Shown here: one piece after another, positions 1-14,184 of the stretch
Numbering within the stretch: the stretch's first letter is position 1
Layout of the letters: each line of letters starts with the position of its first letter
Source of the DNA: Tubulanus polymorphus
Lineage: Eukaryota > Animalia > Nemertea
Assembly (NCBI RefSeq): GCF_964204645.1
Contig: NC_134027.1
Coordinates: 1,644,485-1,708,484 of the forward strand
Length of the DNA stretch: 64,000 nt
Direction: 5' to 3'
Notes under the pieces: model-generated
Database searches by the model: none
The model's input: the letters and a program-made list of their open reading frames with translations, nothing else
Told to the model about the DNA's origin: nothing
Translations under genes and position numbers: made by a program

Positions 1-567
1 TGATAGTAAACGATATAAGATCTAATCACGTGAGTTCAATCAAATCAATCAATCAATTCTATTTTTATACTCACTACAACCGACACATGGTCCGACTAAA
101 CGCGTTTAAATACAACATCAAAAAATGTACCGCAATCAGACATTGTAAAATTCAGAAAATGATGAGATTCAGGTTTTAAAAAACTCGATGTTGTAAGAAT
201 CTCGATAGATTGCACAGATCCATCCAAAATCAGTTTTAACCCTTTCCAGCCATATACAATCCCTCGGAATGTATTGAATTTTCAAGTAAATTCATCAGAT
301 CTGCAGCCCTTTCAATACTAACTAAAATTGAAGATAGGTAGAATTTTCGTTGAAACAGAATACCTAAAAAAGGCCCCGGTTATATTGGAAAAAAAAACTA
401 GCTCAAGCCAAGAAAGGGTTAAAACATTTGAAAACTGTATTGATTTATCTACGATGGAATGTCGTATGATTGACTTCATTTCACTAATATCAGCGGCAAT
501 TTATTCACTGATTATCGAATTGTGAAGAAAAACAATTGGTTTTTTCTACATAAGACTGATAACTGGC

Positions 568-654
568 TGTATCTGCCTGAGCCTCGAGTTGTATCTGCCT
601 GAGCCTTGAGTTGTATCTGCCTGAGCCTCGAGTTGTATCTGCCTGAGCCTCGAG
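568..654. repeat. 22-bp minisatellite, 4 copies (tgtatctgcctgagcctcgagt)
   Basis: Direct tandem copies visible. Confidence 0.9.
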
Positions 655-926
655 CGCTATCAAAGCAAATCTCATTTTCAATTCAATGTGTTCTTTTCAC
701 ATAATCATCATGCGTTATCATGATAATCTAGAACCATCGGTTTTCCGAATTCCAGTTAGGCATTTTTTTCTTTTAATTACTTGGAGTATGATTTTCCGAG
801 AAAAAATGTGTGAGCGAATGGAAAAACTGTTTTCTATTACAGGCATTTAGAAATGGAATAGAGCATAAGAAAAGGCCCATAATTTCCTGAAATTAAAAGA
901 AATGGGTAAAAATACGAGAAACAAAC

Positions 927-1109
927 CTGCTTCGAGTTGATATCGTATTGATGACCCGACATCAGGGTCCTCGGCCATCAGGGTATAAATAATAGTTCCA
1001 TCCTGAGCATTCTCATCAACCGTCGCCCACATATCTGATGGTTTATTAGTGAATACAGGATTCTCATCGTTTACATCTTGAACTCTCACTTCAACCGGCT
1101 GAATTTCAA
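927..1109 (-). CDS. Cadherin, next coding exon; gene continues beyond the left edge
   Basis: ttttcag acceptor (1110-1111) and GCAG|gtttgt donor. Encodes EIQPVEVRVQDVNDENPVF...VDENAQDGT...AEDPD (DxNDNxP and AxDxD calcium motifs). Joins exon 1 in frame (G+TT=Val), implying an intron of about 19.4 kb. Confidence 0.85.
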
Positions 1110-2760
1110 CTGAAAATATACAGAAATACAGAGAATTTCATTAGATTATAATCATTTAAACAAGATTTGACTAGAAAACTGTAACATTAGGAGGACATAA
1201 GGTTTCATTTTCTATTCTACAAAATATCATCTTCCATCAGCAGGGATTCAAACGCGATGACATCGCGAGACTCTTTGGCATGAAACCCTACCTGATTAAC
1301 CTGCGAATGCACAGGAACTCATATCATGATTAAAACATGGGGCCTGTGTTCAGGTATTCTGCGTAGATATTGTTTGGATGTTTCTGTTCTTATTAATAAA
1401 TAATGCTGATCGGTTTCATCCGATAATAGATGAAAGTTTTTCCTCCTGCGAGACAAATAATTGAAAATCATCCCCAGCTCAAATAACACACAATCTACGC
1501 CCTGGTTATCCTGCAACCATCCTCCCAGCTAATCCCCTCTTACAAAATATTCTGATTTCCACAGCAGTAATCTGTAACCACCTAATCCAGCTATTACTTA
1601 ACTAATGGATCATCTATTCTCTGTACGATTGGTTATACCTAGGCCAGAAATATCGAGAAGATTTTTGCAAGATATCACATCCGCATTAAAACTACTAAAT
1701 CTACTGCATTCCAATTTAGACTAAAAACAGCGTGTATGGACATACAGCATTGGTTTGGTCCATTCTAAATTGGTCCATTCCGGGTACGGGCGAAATAGGA
1801 ACGGACTAACAAGGGTAATGTGAAAGTAGCTAACATTGATTTTGGACGATTACAAACATCAGTATTTTCAAGACTGCTTCAAATCAGGGAATGATATTAT
1901 GAAGTTTATGCGATATAAGTGTCATGCGTAAAAGCGACATATTGAATCGTCTCTGAACAACTCGAGGCTACAAGAAACATCGTAACTTCAATATTCACTT
2001 GCTTTATGATTAACATCAATTATGCAAGCTACCTGAAACTTTAATCACCCAGGACTACGGCTTTTAACTGTAGACTGGGAACGTGAAATTATATGTCTGC
2101 TGCTGCTGCTGCTGCTGCCAACGCGACGACGGCACCGCTGGGAATTTTGATCTCGCAAAAAGCAAAGACGAATCGACTAATCCGTTTAAACGAATTCCAG
2201 CGACTGATAGAGAGAATAATTAGCCGAGGAATTCATCGATTCCAGATATATCTATAAACCTATACCTTATGTTTGCGGTTTAAGTCATAACCCTCGATTC
2301 TTGAAATCATTTCCTACGATCACCGGCGTAGATCAAAGATTTATAAAATTGGTTTATATTCAGATCATTCACTGTCATCATTTGATCGCCAGTTGTTCAT
2401 CTCTCACATCATACTTTTTTCTCTGCCTGTTTTCAACCACTGTCGGGGCTGATATCAGCTTACAGCAGTAACACTCAACGCTCTACAATACACGATCTCT
2501 GCATGTTTCCTATAAGCTAATTATGACTCAGAACGACTAGATGTCGAGTGCATCTGAGTCTTATAAAAAACATCTTATAATCAACATCCGAGTCACGCTT
2601 CATCGCAATAAGTGCACATCACGTGCGTCCACTAGCAATAATTATCACCGGTCACTTTTAATAATGAGAGGAAACATGAAAATGCTGTTCATTATCGAGG
2701 TGTCAGTTCTATAGACAGGCGTATAGCTGGCGACTTGTGACTGTTTGAGATACCTTCAGT

Positions 2761-2986
2761 TGTAACTGGTCGCAGGGTGCATGTTGGCTGTAACTGGTCG
2801 CAGGGTGCATGTTGGCTGTAACTGGTCGCAGGGTGCATGTAGGCTGTAACTGGTTGCAGGGTGCATGTTGGCTGTAACTGGTCGCAGGGTGCATGTTGGC
2901 TGTAACTGGTCGCAGGGTGCATGTAGGCTGTAACTGGTCGCAGGGTGCATGTTGGCTGTAACTGGTCGCAGGGTGCATGTTGGCTG
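2761..2986. repeat. 28-bp minisatellite, about 8 copies (gctgtaactggtcgcagggtgcatgttg)
   Basis: Direct tandem copies; explains the three overlapping repetitive ORFs at 2692-2992. Confidence 0.95.
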
Positions 2987-5900
2987 GGACATGATAGTCA
3001 GTGAAAGTGTTTTAATCTGTCAGTCCCAAGGGTACGATTGGTTAGTTGTGACTGGGAGAATGTCACAGAAAATAGAACACGCGTGACTCCTTACAACTGG
3101 TATCACTGGTAAGGAGGCTGTGTAGGTCGCTGGCAGTCTCAGAGAATCACAGCGACTTACACTCGATAATGAGAGAATATGGTGTTCATCATTTTTAATA
3201 TTCAAGATACAAGACTAGTGAATAGAGTGAGTGAATAGGAGACTAGTATCAGTCATCTGAGACCGCCACCGCCACCGCAACCGCCGCTGCTGCTGCCGCT
3301 GCTGCTGCTGCTGTAATGGATTATAGAAACGCTCGAAAACCATCCACCGCAACGAAAGTAAATGAAAGAATGATTTACACGTCAAGAGACCGGGACACAA
3401 TATCCCGTGTATAGCTCTCCCACCGCCGGGGAGCAGTCGGGGAGCAGTCGTATATTTCATCCGTGACATTCACCTTCGGGCAACAGTTCTAATACAGTCG
3501 TTGCTAAGGTAACTATTCATACAAACAAGAAACAGCGGAGAATATTTAAAAGAGATTAATCCGTCGCCGGCTTCACGCAAAAATATATACTACGTTATAG
3601 CTGACTTTTATCAACCTGAAACTTCATGAGCTGAAACTCAACCAGTGAAAGGACATTACATGCAGTTAATATTGACCCAGGGCGGATCCACGTTAAAAAC
3701 GACAAGTTGTATCCGCGCTGAGACAAAATGGACGCCTGGAAAATGTGAAGCTTTAGTGCATTTTAATGCAATTTCCAGAGACAAATTATCTTTCAACAAA
3801 TTGAGATGGGAGCAATTGTTCAATTTGTTCCCTTGTGATTCACTCATTGTGACTGTTCTATTGGAACGATATAAGAATATATTATTAAGGTGTGAAGCAG
3901 CACCGGGCGGGGGGGGGGGGTGAAGGGGGGTGTAGGGGGAGTCATTCATCCCACTTTACGATTCAATCCTGTTGGATATTTTAAAGCGTTTGATTAAAAC
4001 GTACTCATCGATTTTAGATTCACGGATGGACGAGGAACGGTGAAGAAGGAAGCAGAATGAATTCTCGCGGGGAAACAGTCATCATTATTAATAACCAGAC
4101 AACATCACATACATCACGTACATCACATACATCACATACAGTAGTGTGAAACTGTATCATCTCAACCGGTGTATCATAACCATCACAACGGTTACAGTAC
4201 TGATAATGACCATAGAAGAGTCAGAGACAACCACATAAACATGTCCCGAAGAGATCAAATCTCTTATCAATTTCAAGATTGGCCACTTTTACAAATTCCC
4301 TCAGATTTCCCTGAGTTTTCTAGATTTTTCTGAGATTTCTAGGTTTCCAGGTTAAATGGCCACTGTGTGAGATATAGATGCTACTTTATATCGCGAATTA
4401 ACGCAACGTCCTCAGGGCTTATAACTATCTACACGGAGCAGAGCTGGCTTCCACACCAAACCACACACCACCTCCTCATCACAGAAAACATCATTTTCTG
4501 TAAATTCAGTGTTAGCTGCGCAAATAACCCGAAGGCACAAAGACAAGATCAGGAAGGGTTTCTTCCCGGGGAAAATTGAGAAGAATATTGATGAATGATT
4601 CATCGTGTGACAATCACAGATTTACCGTGGACCGGTGAACTGTGTAGAGGTCAACTTTTGACACTATCCTAAAAACATCATTGCTTTATTTGCAGATATA
4701 AGAGTTTGTCATCATGATCGAAACCTCATTGCGCGAGTCTCAGCGAAGTCAATAAACACGAAATGATCTCAACGTGAGAAAATCATCAAACGACATCAAA
4801 TGAAAAATATTAGTAAAATATTCAACGATCAGTTGAAATAACCGTATCATTTAAATCAATCGATTTCTTCTTATAAAGGGTGGAGCTAAATATATCAGAT
4901 TCTAAACTTTGTTTTATTGATATCTTCTTCAAAATAAATATAAACTATATATCTGTGCTACGACTGCTGTTGGAGAAATCAATGACCGTTTCAGGGCTTC
5001 AGTAATAGATCTATTTCCCTGATTACTTTCTCCGAAGCCCCTTAACAGCCGATGTACCCCCCCCCCCCCCGGGAGTGAGTCAACTGTGAACTTCAACCGC
5101 GTACAAGACATATTTATAGTAAAGGAATTACTTAGTAATAACGAATCAATGATAGATCAATGTCTACACATATACAGCGATAGAGTATTGATCATTATTG
5201 TCAGTGGTCAACCAAGCACTTATAGACATCTCAACTCATCTCGACTGGGACTAGAGTACACACACACACACACTGGCAGAGAACTGCAGCCACAGATATT
5301 AGTTCGTGCCACGGTTTGACATGCCATCACACCTCCCAGACTCCCAGCGTAAAAATCACTGTTCATCCGTGTGTTAAGTATGGTGACGTATCAGAGACTA
5401 ATGTGGTTTTCTCACAATATCAACCATTGTTTTCTTTCAATATAACAATAGTGACAATCTCCCCTGCCATTCCTGGACCGTCTGGTAATATGATTTATCC
5501 GGGCGCGAGCAATTGCCCGCCCGTGTGACTCAGTCTTAGCATTAAAATGTCATTAGACTGTAATAGTGTAAGTTCAGGGCTATTATTATTCCAATATGAG
5601 CAGAGATTACGTAACATTCGATGTTGATAAATCATTGGAAGATGCATTGATTTAAACTAACTACGTAGGTTCCACAGTGATGAGTGAGATTGCTACATTT
5701 AACACTTCACTACCATTATCGCTATCAATTGTCTATTAATTGGTGAATATGTAATCAGTAATCTATGAACAACTCATTCTTCCCCCAGTAATAAATCTGT
5801 AAACGCGAAGCCAACTTCATTCCCTGTACTGCTACACATCATTACATCATTCATTGTATCATCTTGTATCATTACTATATTTTGTAAAATATATATATAT

Positions 5901-6256
5901 ATCTATGTTACTACTTGTTATATTTGTAAACTGCATGTGTAGTACAATGAAAATAAAATTCAAATTTATCAAACAGATATCTATTTGATCTTGAATAATA
6001 ATGACATTGAACTAGCAAAAGCATCAGTCATTATAGATATTATCCTAATATGAAATCTATAAGTGATCAATCCTCTTGAAAGGTATCTTCACATACGCCA
6101 AGATCCGAGCCACGAAGAATATTCAAGATCCTCATTAATTTCTTCACCACTCAGTTTAAAATTGAAGCAAACATTTGTCGATTAAAAATTCTCAAGGTTG
6201 AATGATATTATTGATAAGAGAAGCCTTTAAAATGATGTTTTTAATCGTATTATGCA

Positions 6257-6862
6257 CAGGGGATAACTGTCAGTGTAGATTACAGCAGGGAGGTAAAGAG
6301 AGAGGAGGGAGGAGAGGAGCAGGGGATAACTGTCAGTGTAGATTACAGCGGAGAGAGGGAGGAGGGGAACAGGGGAGCAGGGGATAACTGTCAGTGCAGA
6401 TTACAGCGGAGAGAGGGAGGAAGGGAGCAGGGGATAACTGTCAGTGCAGATTACAGCGGAGAGAGGGAGTAGGGGAGCAGGGGATAACTGTCAGTGTAGA
6501 TTACAGCGGAGAGAGGGGGGAGGGGAACAGGGGAGCAGGGGATAACTGTCAGTGCAGATTACAGCGGAGAGAGGGAGGAGGGGAACAGGGGATAACTGTC
6601 AGTGTAGATTACAGCGGAGGGGGGAGGGAGCAGGGTACAGGGGATAACTGTCAGTGTAGATTACAGCGGGGAGGTAGAGAGGGGAGGAGGGAGCAGGGGA
6701 GCAGGGGATAACTGTCAGTGCAGATTACAGCGGAGAGAGGGAGTAGGGGAGCAGGGGATAACTGTCAGTGTAGATTACAGCTGAGAGGGAGAGAGGGGGG
6801 AGGGAGCAGGGTACAGGGGATAACTGGCAGTGTAGATTACAGCGGAGAGGTAGAGAGGGAGG
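6257..6862. repeat. Minisatellite of 11 conserved ~30-bp cores (caggggataactgtcagtgYagattacagc) separated by variable A/G-rich linkers
   Basis: Cores start at about 6257, 6320, 6378, 6428, 6478, 6536, 6586, 6638, 6702, 6752, 6814; period 50-64 bp. Confidence 0.93.
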
Positions 6863-7646
6863 ACTCAATTAACCTGCCATATTGTAATCAATGAACTAAC
6901 ACTCTCATTTCTCAGAATTCAGTAATGCGACACATATCAGCACTGTATATATACAGTACTAAGTGATATATACGTGAGACATGTCTGCAGACTATACTGT
7001 CACCACTGTAGACTAATGTCACTATTACTAACAGTGGGTGGAATTCAATATGGAACAGCATACATTACACCTGAATCATTCTCCTATATAATTATAACAC
7101 ACGCTTATTACAAAATATATACATATTTTCTTGATAAATCATGTCAATTTTTTAAGTTCAACACAAGATTTCCTAAATTGAATGGATCAATTTGGCCCTT
7201 ACCCGTTTAGGCCAAGGATCCGTGCCTGTTCGACCAGGCATGCGCCAAATTTCAGCACAGTGTCAAATCATTCGTGCTAATTGGTTCTGGAACTGTCATA
7301 CCTCGCCATGCTACTGTTGTTTTGATAGCATTTTAGCATGAAGCCAATGATTTACGTGCGAACGCACTCTTTAATCGGGTACGGGCCCAAATCCAACTCC
7401 GGTCTGATCCGGTCCAGTTCGAACCGCGTCAAATCGCAGCTGAACCCTTGATATTTTACAGAATGATCAAGAGTGTATTTTACCAGTGTTGTAAACATCG
7501 GCGTGGTTCACTCTTAAAAACCGCGCTCCATAAATCACGACTGAGACCAAACAAACTTTATTATTTCACCACAGCAAATATTTATTCGATGTAAATGAAT
7601 ATGTCACCTTACAAAGGAAATTCATTATCCCGGGAGGACCACCGCC

Positions 7647-10600
7647 GGTGGTGGTGATGGAGGTGGTGGTGATGGAGGTGGTGGTGATGGAGGTGGTGGT
7701 GATGAAGGTGGTGGTAATGGAGGTGGTGGTGGTGGTGATGGAGGTGGTGGTGATGGAGGTGGTGGTGATGGAGGTGGTGGTGATGGAGGTGGTGGTGGTG
7801 GTGATGGTGGTGGTGGTGATGGAGGTGGTGGTGATGGAGGTGGTGGTGATGGAGGTGGTGGTGATGGAGGTGGTGGTGATGGAGGTGGTGGTGATGGTGG
7901 TGGTGGTGATGGAGGTGGTGGTGATGGAGGTGGTGGTGATGGAGGTGGTGGTGATGGAGGTGGTGGTGATGGAGGTGGTGGTGATGGAGGTGGTGGAGGT
8001 GGTGGTGGTGGTGGAGGTGGTGATGGAGGTGGTGGTGATGGAGGTGGTGGTGATGGAGGTGGTAGTGGTGGTGGTGATGGAGGTGGTGGTGATGGAGGTG
8101 GTGGTGATGGAGGTGGTGATGGAGGTGGTGGTGATGGAGGTGGTGGTGATGGAGGTGGTGGTGGTGATGGAGGTGGTGGTGATGGAGGTGGTGGTGATGG
8201 AGGTGGTGCTGATGGAGGTGGTGGTGGTGATGGAGGTGATGGAGGTGGTGGTGGTGGTGATGGAGGTGGTGGTGATGGAGGTGATGGAGGTGGTGGTGAT
8301 GGAGGTGGTGGTGGTGGAGGTGGTGATGGAGGTGGTGGTGATGGAGGTGGTGGTGATGGAGGTGGTGGTGATGGAGGTGGTGGAGGTGGTGATGGAGGTG
8401 GTGGTGATGGAGGTGGTGGTGATGGAGGTGGTGGTGATGGAGGTGGTGCTGATGGAGGTGGTGGTGATGGAGGTGGTGGTGATGGAGGTGGTGGTGATGG
8501 AGGTGGTGGTGATGGAGGTGGTGGTGATGGAGGTGGTGGTGATGGAGGTGGTGGTGATGGAGGTGGAGGTGGTGGTGATGGAGGTGGTGGTGATGGAGGT
8601 GGTGGTGATGGAGGTGGTGGTGGTGGAGGTGGTGATGGAGGTGGTGGTGATGGAGGTGGTGGTGATGGAGGTGGTGGTGGTGGTGATGGAGGTGGTGGTG
8701 GTGGTGATGGAGGTGGTGGTGATGGAGGTGATGGAGGTGGTGGTGATGGAGGTGGTGGTGGTGGAGGTGGTGATGGAGGTGGTGGTGATGGAGGTGGTGG
8801 TGATGGAGGTGGTGGTGGTGGTGATGGAGGTGGTGGTGGTGGTGATGGAGGTGGTGGTGATGGAGGTGATGGAGGTGGTGGTGATGGAGGTGGTGGTGGT
8901 GGAGGTGGTGATGGAGGTGGTGGTGATGGAGGTGGTGGTGATGGAGGTGGTGGAGGTGGTGATGGAGGTGGTGGTGATGGAGGTGGTGGTGATGGAGGTG
9001 GTGGTGATGGAGGTGGTGCTGATGGAGGTGGTGGTGATGGAGGTGGTGGTGGTGGAGGTGGTGATGGAGGTGGTGGTGATGGAGGTGGTGGTGATGGAGG
9101 TGGTGGAGGTGGTGATGGAGGTGGTGGTGATGGAGGTGGTGGTGATGGAGGTGGTGGTGATGGAGGTGGTGCTGATGGAGGTGGTGGTGATGGAGGTGGT
9201 GGTGATGGAGGTGGTGGTGATGGAGGTGGTGGTGATGGAGGTGGTGGTGATGGAGGTGGTGGTGATGGAGGTGGTGGTGATGGAGGTGGTGGTGATGGAG
9301 GTGGTGGTGATGGAGGTGGTGGTGATGGAGGTGGTGGTGATGGAGGTGGAGGTGATGGAGGTGGTGATGGAGGTGGTGGTGATGGAGGTGGTGGTGATGG
9401 AGGTGGTGGTGATGGAGGTGGTGCTGATGGAGGTGGTGGTGATGGAGGTGGTGGTGGTGGAGGTGGTGGTGGTGGAGGTGGTGATGGAGGTGGTGGTGAT
9501 GGAGGTGGTGGTGATGGAGGTGGTGGAGGTGGTGGTGATGGAGGTGGTGGTGATGGAGGTGGTGGTGATGGAGGTGGTGGTGATGGAGGTGGTGGTGATG
9601 GAGGTGGTGGTGATAGAGGTGGTGGTGATGGAGGTGGTGGTGATTGAGGTGGTGGTGATGGAGGTGGTGGAGGTGGTGGTGATGGAGGTGGTGGTGATGG
9701 AGGTGGTGGTGATGGAGGTGGTGGTGGTGATGGAGGTGGTGGTGATGGAGGTGGTGGTGATGGAGGTGGTGGTGGTGGAGGTGGTGGTGGTGGAGGTGGT
9801 GATGGAGGTGGTGGTGATGGAGGTGGTGGTGATGGAGGTGGTGGAGGTGGTGGTGATGGAGGTGGTGGTGATGGAGGTGGTGGTGATGGAGGTGGTGGTG
9901 ATGGAGGTGGTGGTGATGGAGGTGGTGGTGATAGAGGTGGTGGTGATGGAGGTGGTGGTGATTGAGGTGGTGGTGATGGAGGTGGTGGAGGTGGTGGTGA
10001 TGGAGGTGGTGGTGATTGAGGTGGTGGTGATGGAGGTGGTGGTGATGGAGGTGGTGGTGATGGAGGTGGTGGTGATTGAGGTGGTGGTGATGGAGGTGGT
10101 GGAGGTGGTGGTGATGGAGGTGGTGGTGATGGAGGTGGTGGTGATGGAGGTGGTGGTGATGGAGGTGGTGGTGATGGAGGTGGTGGTGATAGAGGTGGTG
10201 GTGATGGAGGTGGTGGTGATGGAGGTGGTGGTGATGGAGGTGGTGGTGATGGAGGTGGTGGTGATGGAGGTGGTGGAGGTGGTGGTGATGGAGGTGGTGG
10301 TGATGGAGGTGGTGGTGATGGAGGTGGTGGTGATGGAGGTGGTGGTGATGGAGGTGGTGGAGGTGGTGGTGATGGAGGTGGTGGTGATGGAGGTGGTGGT
10401 GATGGAGGTGGTGGTGATGGAGGTGGTGGTGATGGAGGTGGTGATGGAGGTGGTGGTGGTGGTGATGGAGGTGGTGGTGATGGAGGTGGTGGTGATGCAG
10501 GTGGTGGTGATGGAGGTGGTGGAGGTGGTGGTGATGGAGGTGGTGGTGATGGAGGTGGTGGTGATGGAGGTGGTGGTGAGGGAGGTGGTGGTGATGGAGG

Positions 10601-10703
10601 TGGTGGTGATGGAGGTGGTGATGGAGGTGGTGGTGGTGGTGATGGAGGTGGTGGTGATGGAGGTGGTGGTGATGGAGGTGGTGGTGGTGGTGATGGAGGT
10701 GGT
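7647..10703. repeat. ~3.06-kb GGT-derived satellite, dominant 15-mer gaggtggtggtgatg, inside the cadherin intron
   Basis: Continuous array; length variation occurs in 3-bp steps, which keeps several frames open. Confidence 0.97.
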
Positions 10704-11982
10704 TTCAACTGTAGGGTAGTGGTGAGATTTTCCTCTATTTGATTTCTTATAAACCCTTGGTCTGATTTGTTTCGATATGGTGTCCCTTACAAACCCACCG
10801 CACCAGCTGCCGGGGAATGAAACAAGGGGTTTGATTTTGAAACCGAAAAATTGATGTACAGATATATAATGTATCTGGATTTTGACTGACACATTCTTAG
10901 ATTACATGTAACATATGTAAGGTGATTGTCTATTGGTTTGATGATTCTTAATGTCAAAATTATCATACATAAAAATCGTGGAAAAATCTCTGTGATGGCG
11001 ATATTGTATCTAGAGAAGGTCACAGTTCTTGTTGATGTAAAATGTGAATTAAAATATTCAAGCTGTGACAGATGTGACAACGTTTTTCCAGGGACTCTAT
11101 ACTAATAACATATGTGCCAGATGACCGTTTAAAATATTTATTACATTAATCGAGGTAGCGATGACTCATATTTTTATTTACTTAAACTTCCACCCTTCAG
11201 ACCTGACGTCACACATACCTATAACATCAAACTGACTATTAAAAAGACTATTCTTAGATTTGTCGATTTTATCGTCTTTACAAACTTTCATAAAACAAAA
11301 CAAGAAATGACGACGCATTAAATAATGAAGAAATGAAAGTGTTATCGAACGAACGAAGAATTTCACCTATCACCAGGAATTTCTATATCACAATCGCCGA
11401 TTATTGTTTCACAGTTATTTCCGGAATTCAGCACTCGAATCAAAGACAAGACATGAACTAGTGAACACCACACCGCTGTCAGGCGATGATTCACGTGAAA
11501 AAAATCCCAATTCTATTCAATAACAATCTCCCTCCGGGGTTCTAAATCTACATTCATAGGTCATATACAGATCGGCTTCTAAATTGTGATATTTACAACA
11601 CCATTTCATTGGAAATAATAATAACAAGAAACGGTTGACTTTTTACTTAAGAGAAAATACATTAATTCATGCCAGTTTGAACTGAATAAACGAATAAATG
11701 TCGTTTTCTCTTTGAAAGCAGAAAGTATTACAGTCAAACTTGTTTAAGTCGTCATCAGAGAAGTCATCTGTAGTTTTAGTCTCAATTTGTATTTCCAATT
11801 AAATTTACTATAAGCGTTACTTGTCAACGACGACTTAATCAGCGAGTTTCACTGTAATTCTTTTGTTGAGATGTAGAAAATGAAAGCCAGCGCAAATAAA
11901 AGAACTAAGTAACTGACAGTGCGAACTGCTCAGACATTTGTAGTCATTGAGACAACAATTAAATGGAGAGTCTGAGAGTGAG

Positions 11983-12180
11983 AGGGGGGAGGGAGGGAGG
12001 GAGGGAGGGAGGGAGGGAGGGAGGGAGGGAGGGAGGGAGGGAGGGAGGGAGGGAGGGAGGGAGGGAGGGAGGGAGGGAGGGAGGGAGGGAGGGAGGGAGG
12101 GAGGGAGGAGGGAGGGAGGGAGGGAGGGAGGGAGGGAGGGAGGGAGGGAGGAGAGGGAGGGAGAGGGAGAGAGTGAGAGA
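11983..12180. repeat. (GGAG)n polypurine tract
   Basis: About 200 bp of almost pure purine tetranucleotide repeat. Confidence 0.95.
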
Positions 12181-12325
12181 TACATGTATAATGACTGACA
12201 TTGGAGATACCTCTTCATGGAAAAATTATTGATCAAATAAAAACTAATATTCTTAGATTCACTGATTAAAAAGTAATTTCTATTGGAACTGACAATCTGA
12301 AATGTTGGAAAGACAAATTTCCCGA

Positions 12326-12326
<1 letters not shown>

Positions 12327-12387
<61 letters not shown>
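12327..12387. repeat. (TA)n microsatellite
   Basis: Direct observation. Confidence 0.95.
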
Positions 12388-12390
<3 letters not shown>

Positions 12391-14184
12391 TCGTAAATTC
12401 CAGGGTCTGAATACGTCCCGAGATAAACTCGCAATAAAAATCCAACCAGAACAGAAGGATGACATGAAAATAATTAAGGGCGAAATAAAACGAATGTTTT
12501 ATCGTTGTCGGTGTCTAGATTCAGTCTAGATTCAGTGAGTTGATGATATTGGTCTATTGGGTAATCTGTGGAAAGACAATGTTAATATCCCATACACGGC
12601 TAATAGCATCGTTATATGCTTTCATTTTCTATCAACATCAGTTTACATTTCCATCTATATTTCATAATGTTGCGCATTAATGTCATCATTCTGTCTATGA
12701 AACATAGGTTGATATCACAGGCGCGGACGAGTGAATCAACTCCTGCAGGTAAACCTGGTCTGGTATATACCGCACAAAATAAGGGTTCGGTCGTAATGTA
12801 CGTATGGGCCGTAAAAATTGGGCATATCTCCTTATGTACTGCTGGTGTAATGTGATTATGGAATGGAAATGAAATTCAGCAAAATTTTGCCTACATACTT
12901 CAAGGAACGACCCCTAATTCCGTGTAAAACTGATTGTCTCCAACTCTTGATAACATTGTTTCAGATTGAAATCAATGTTTAGAGAACACGAACTGATGCT
13001 CGAGATCATCAGGTAAAAAACTCTCCCGATCTTATAAACGGTCTCGAAAAGCTGGTTTTTTTAGTAGCCATGGCAACGACAGCCGAATTTTCGTAATGTA
13101 GATCGGTACGAGATAAAAACCTGACTAGAAACGAGAAACAAACCTATCGACATATCACGGAGAAAACAGCTCAGACTATCTTCGAAAATGGATAAAAATA
13201 TAAAACGTAAATGATTAGGATGGTTTTGTAGAGGGTCTGATGTAACATTTGGGTAGAGTCTGAATAAAATATTGATTTTCATTTTCATCAAGCACTTAAA
13301 TGTGTACAAAAACATAATACACGCGATCAATGCGAAACCCTCCCTCGCCAGAGGTGAAATATTTCAGTAATTAGACCAATGAACAATACTGAAATTGTTA
13401 CAAATTTCATGCAAAATTCATGAATGAGAATTTGATATTTTAACTGGAGGCATCGAATCAGTTATAAAACCGTTACTTTCAGCATTCATCATTCGAGGTA
13501 AATTACACAATCTAATGATTTAAACTCTAACCAAACAAGCTATGCCCTTAAAAAAATTGGATTTCTCAATATCCCGGAAATGAGAATGTTGTGTCACGAT
13601 ATGGAATAATTTAAGAAGATAATCGGATTTCGATTCAATTATTCCGCGCTCTAAAAACAGGGTTTAATATAAGCGGGGAAGGGAGGGGAAGGGGAGAGAG
13701 GGGGAGGGGTGCGGGAGTCTGAGATTGGTCGGAAATCTACGTATAAAGCCAAACAGCTGAACACTTAGTTCACCAATGATTTCACTGCTTTCTCGATAAT
13801 GAATGCATTACACGGTGAATATCTGATGAAATTGCCTGTCAGGAGAAAAACACGTCTCTAACCCTGGAGAAAATTACCGCGCGCGTATTGTGTCTCAATA
13901 GTTCAATACATGTGCAGTAATGGCTCTGTAAGATTACGACCGGATATTTTCCGAGGGCTCTCGAGTATTGCACCATTTTCCCTAAAAGATGCAATTTCAG
14001 TGGAAAAATCACCCATTTTGAAGTTGGGAACTCCTGGTATGGGTGTGCTAAGAAACCCTCATAATCAGAGAATGATAGGTTAGGCCTACTGTTGGTGAAT
14101 AGATCATTGACAACTGGTCACCTCAGACCTGACCGGTCACTACACTGACCAGACACACTTTCAAACACAATCCGTCACCACAAA

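Noticed and set aside
3215-3469. Poly-Q ORF as a nested gene or cadherin exon
   Set aside because: Driven by short CAG/CGG repeats; no recognisable domain or convincing splice sites.
6257-6862. True CRISPR array
   Set aside because: Linkers are low-complexity and related to each other, the locus is a eukaryotic intron, and there are no cas genes.
7566-10892. Three ~1000-aa ORFs as real mucin/extensin genes
   Set aside because: By-products of a triplet-periodic satellite; no signal peptide, and not phase-compatible with the host cadherin.
11835-12529. PPSL, GGRE and YI repeat ORFs
   Set aside because: Translations of (GGAG)n and (TA)n microsatellites.
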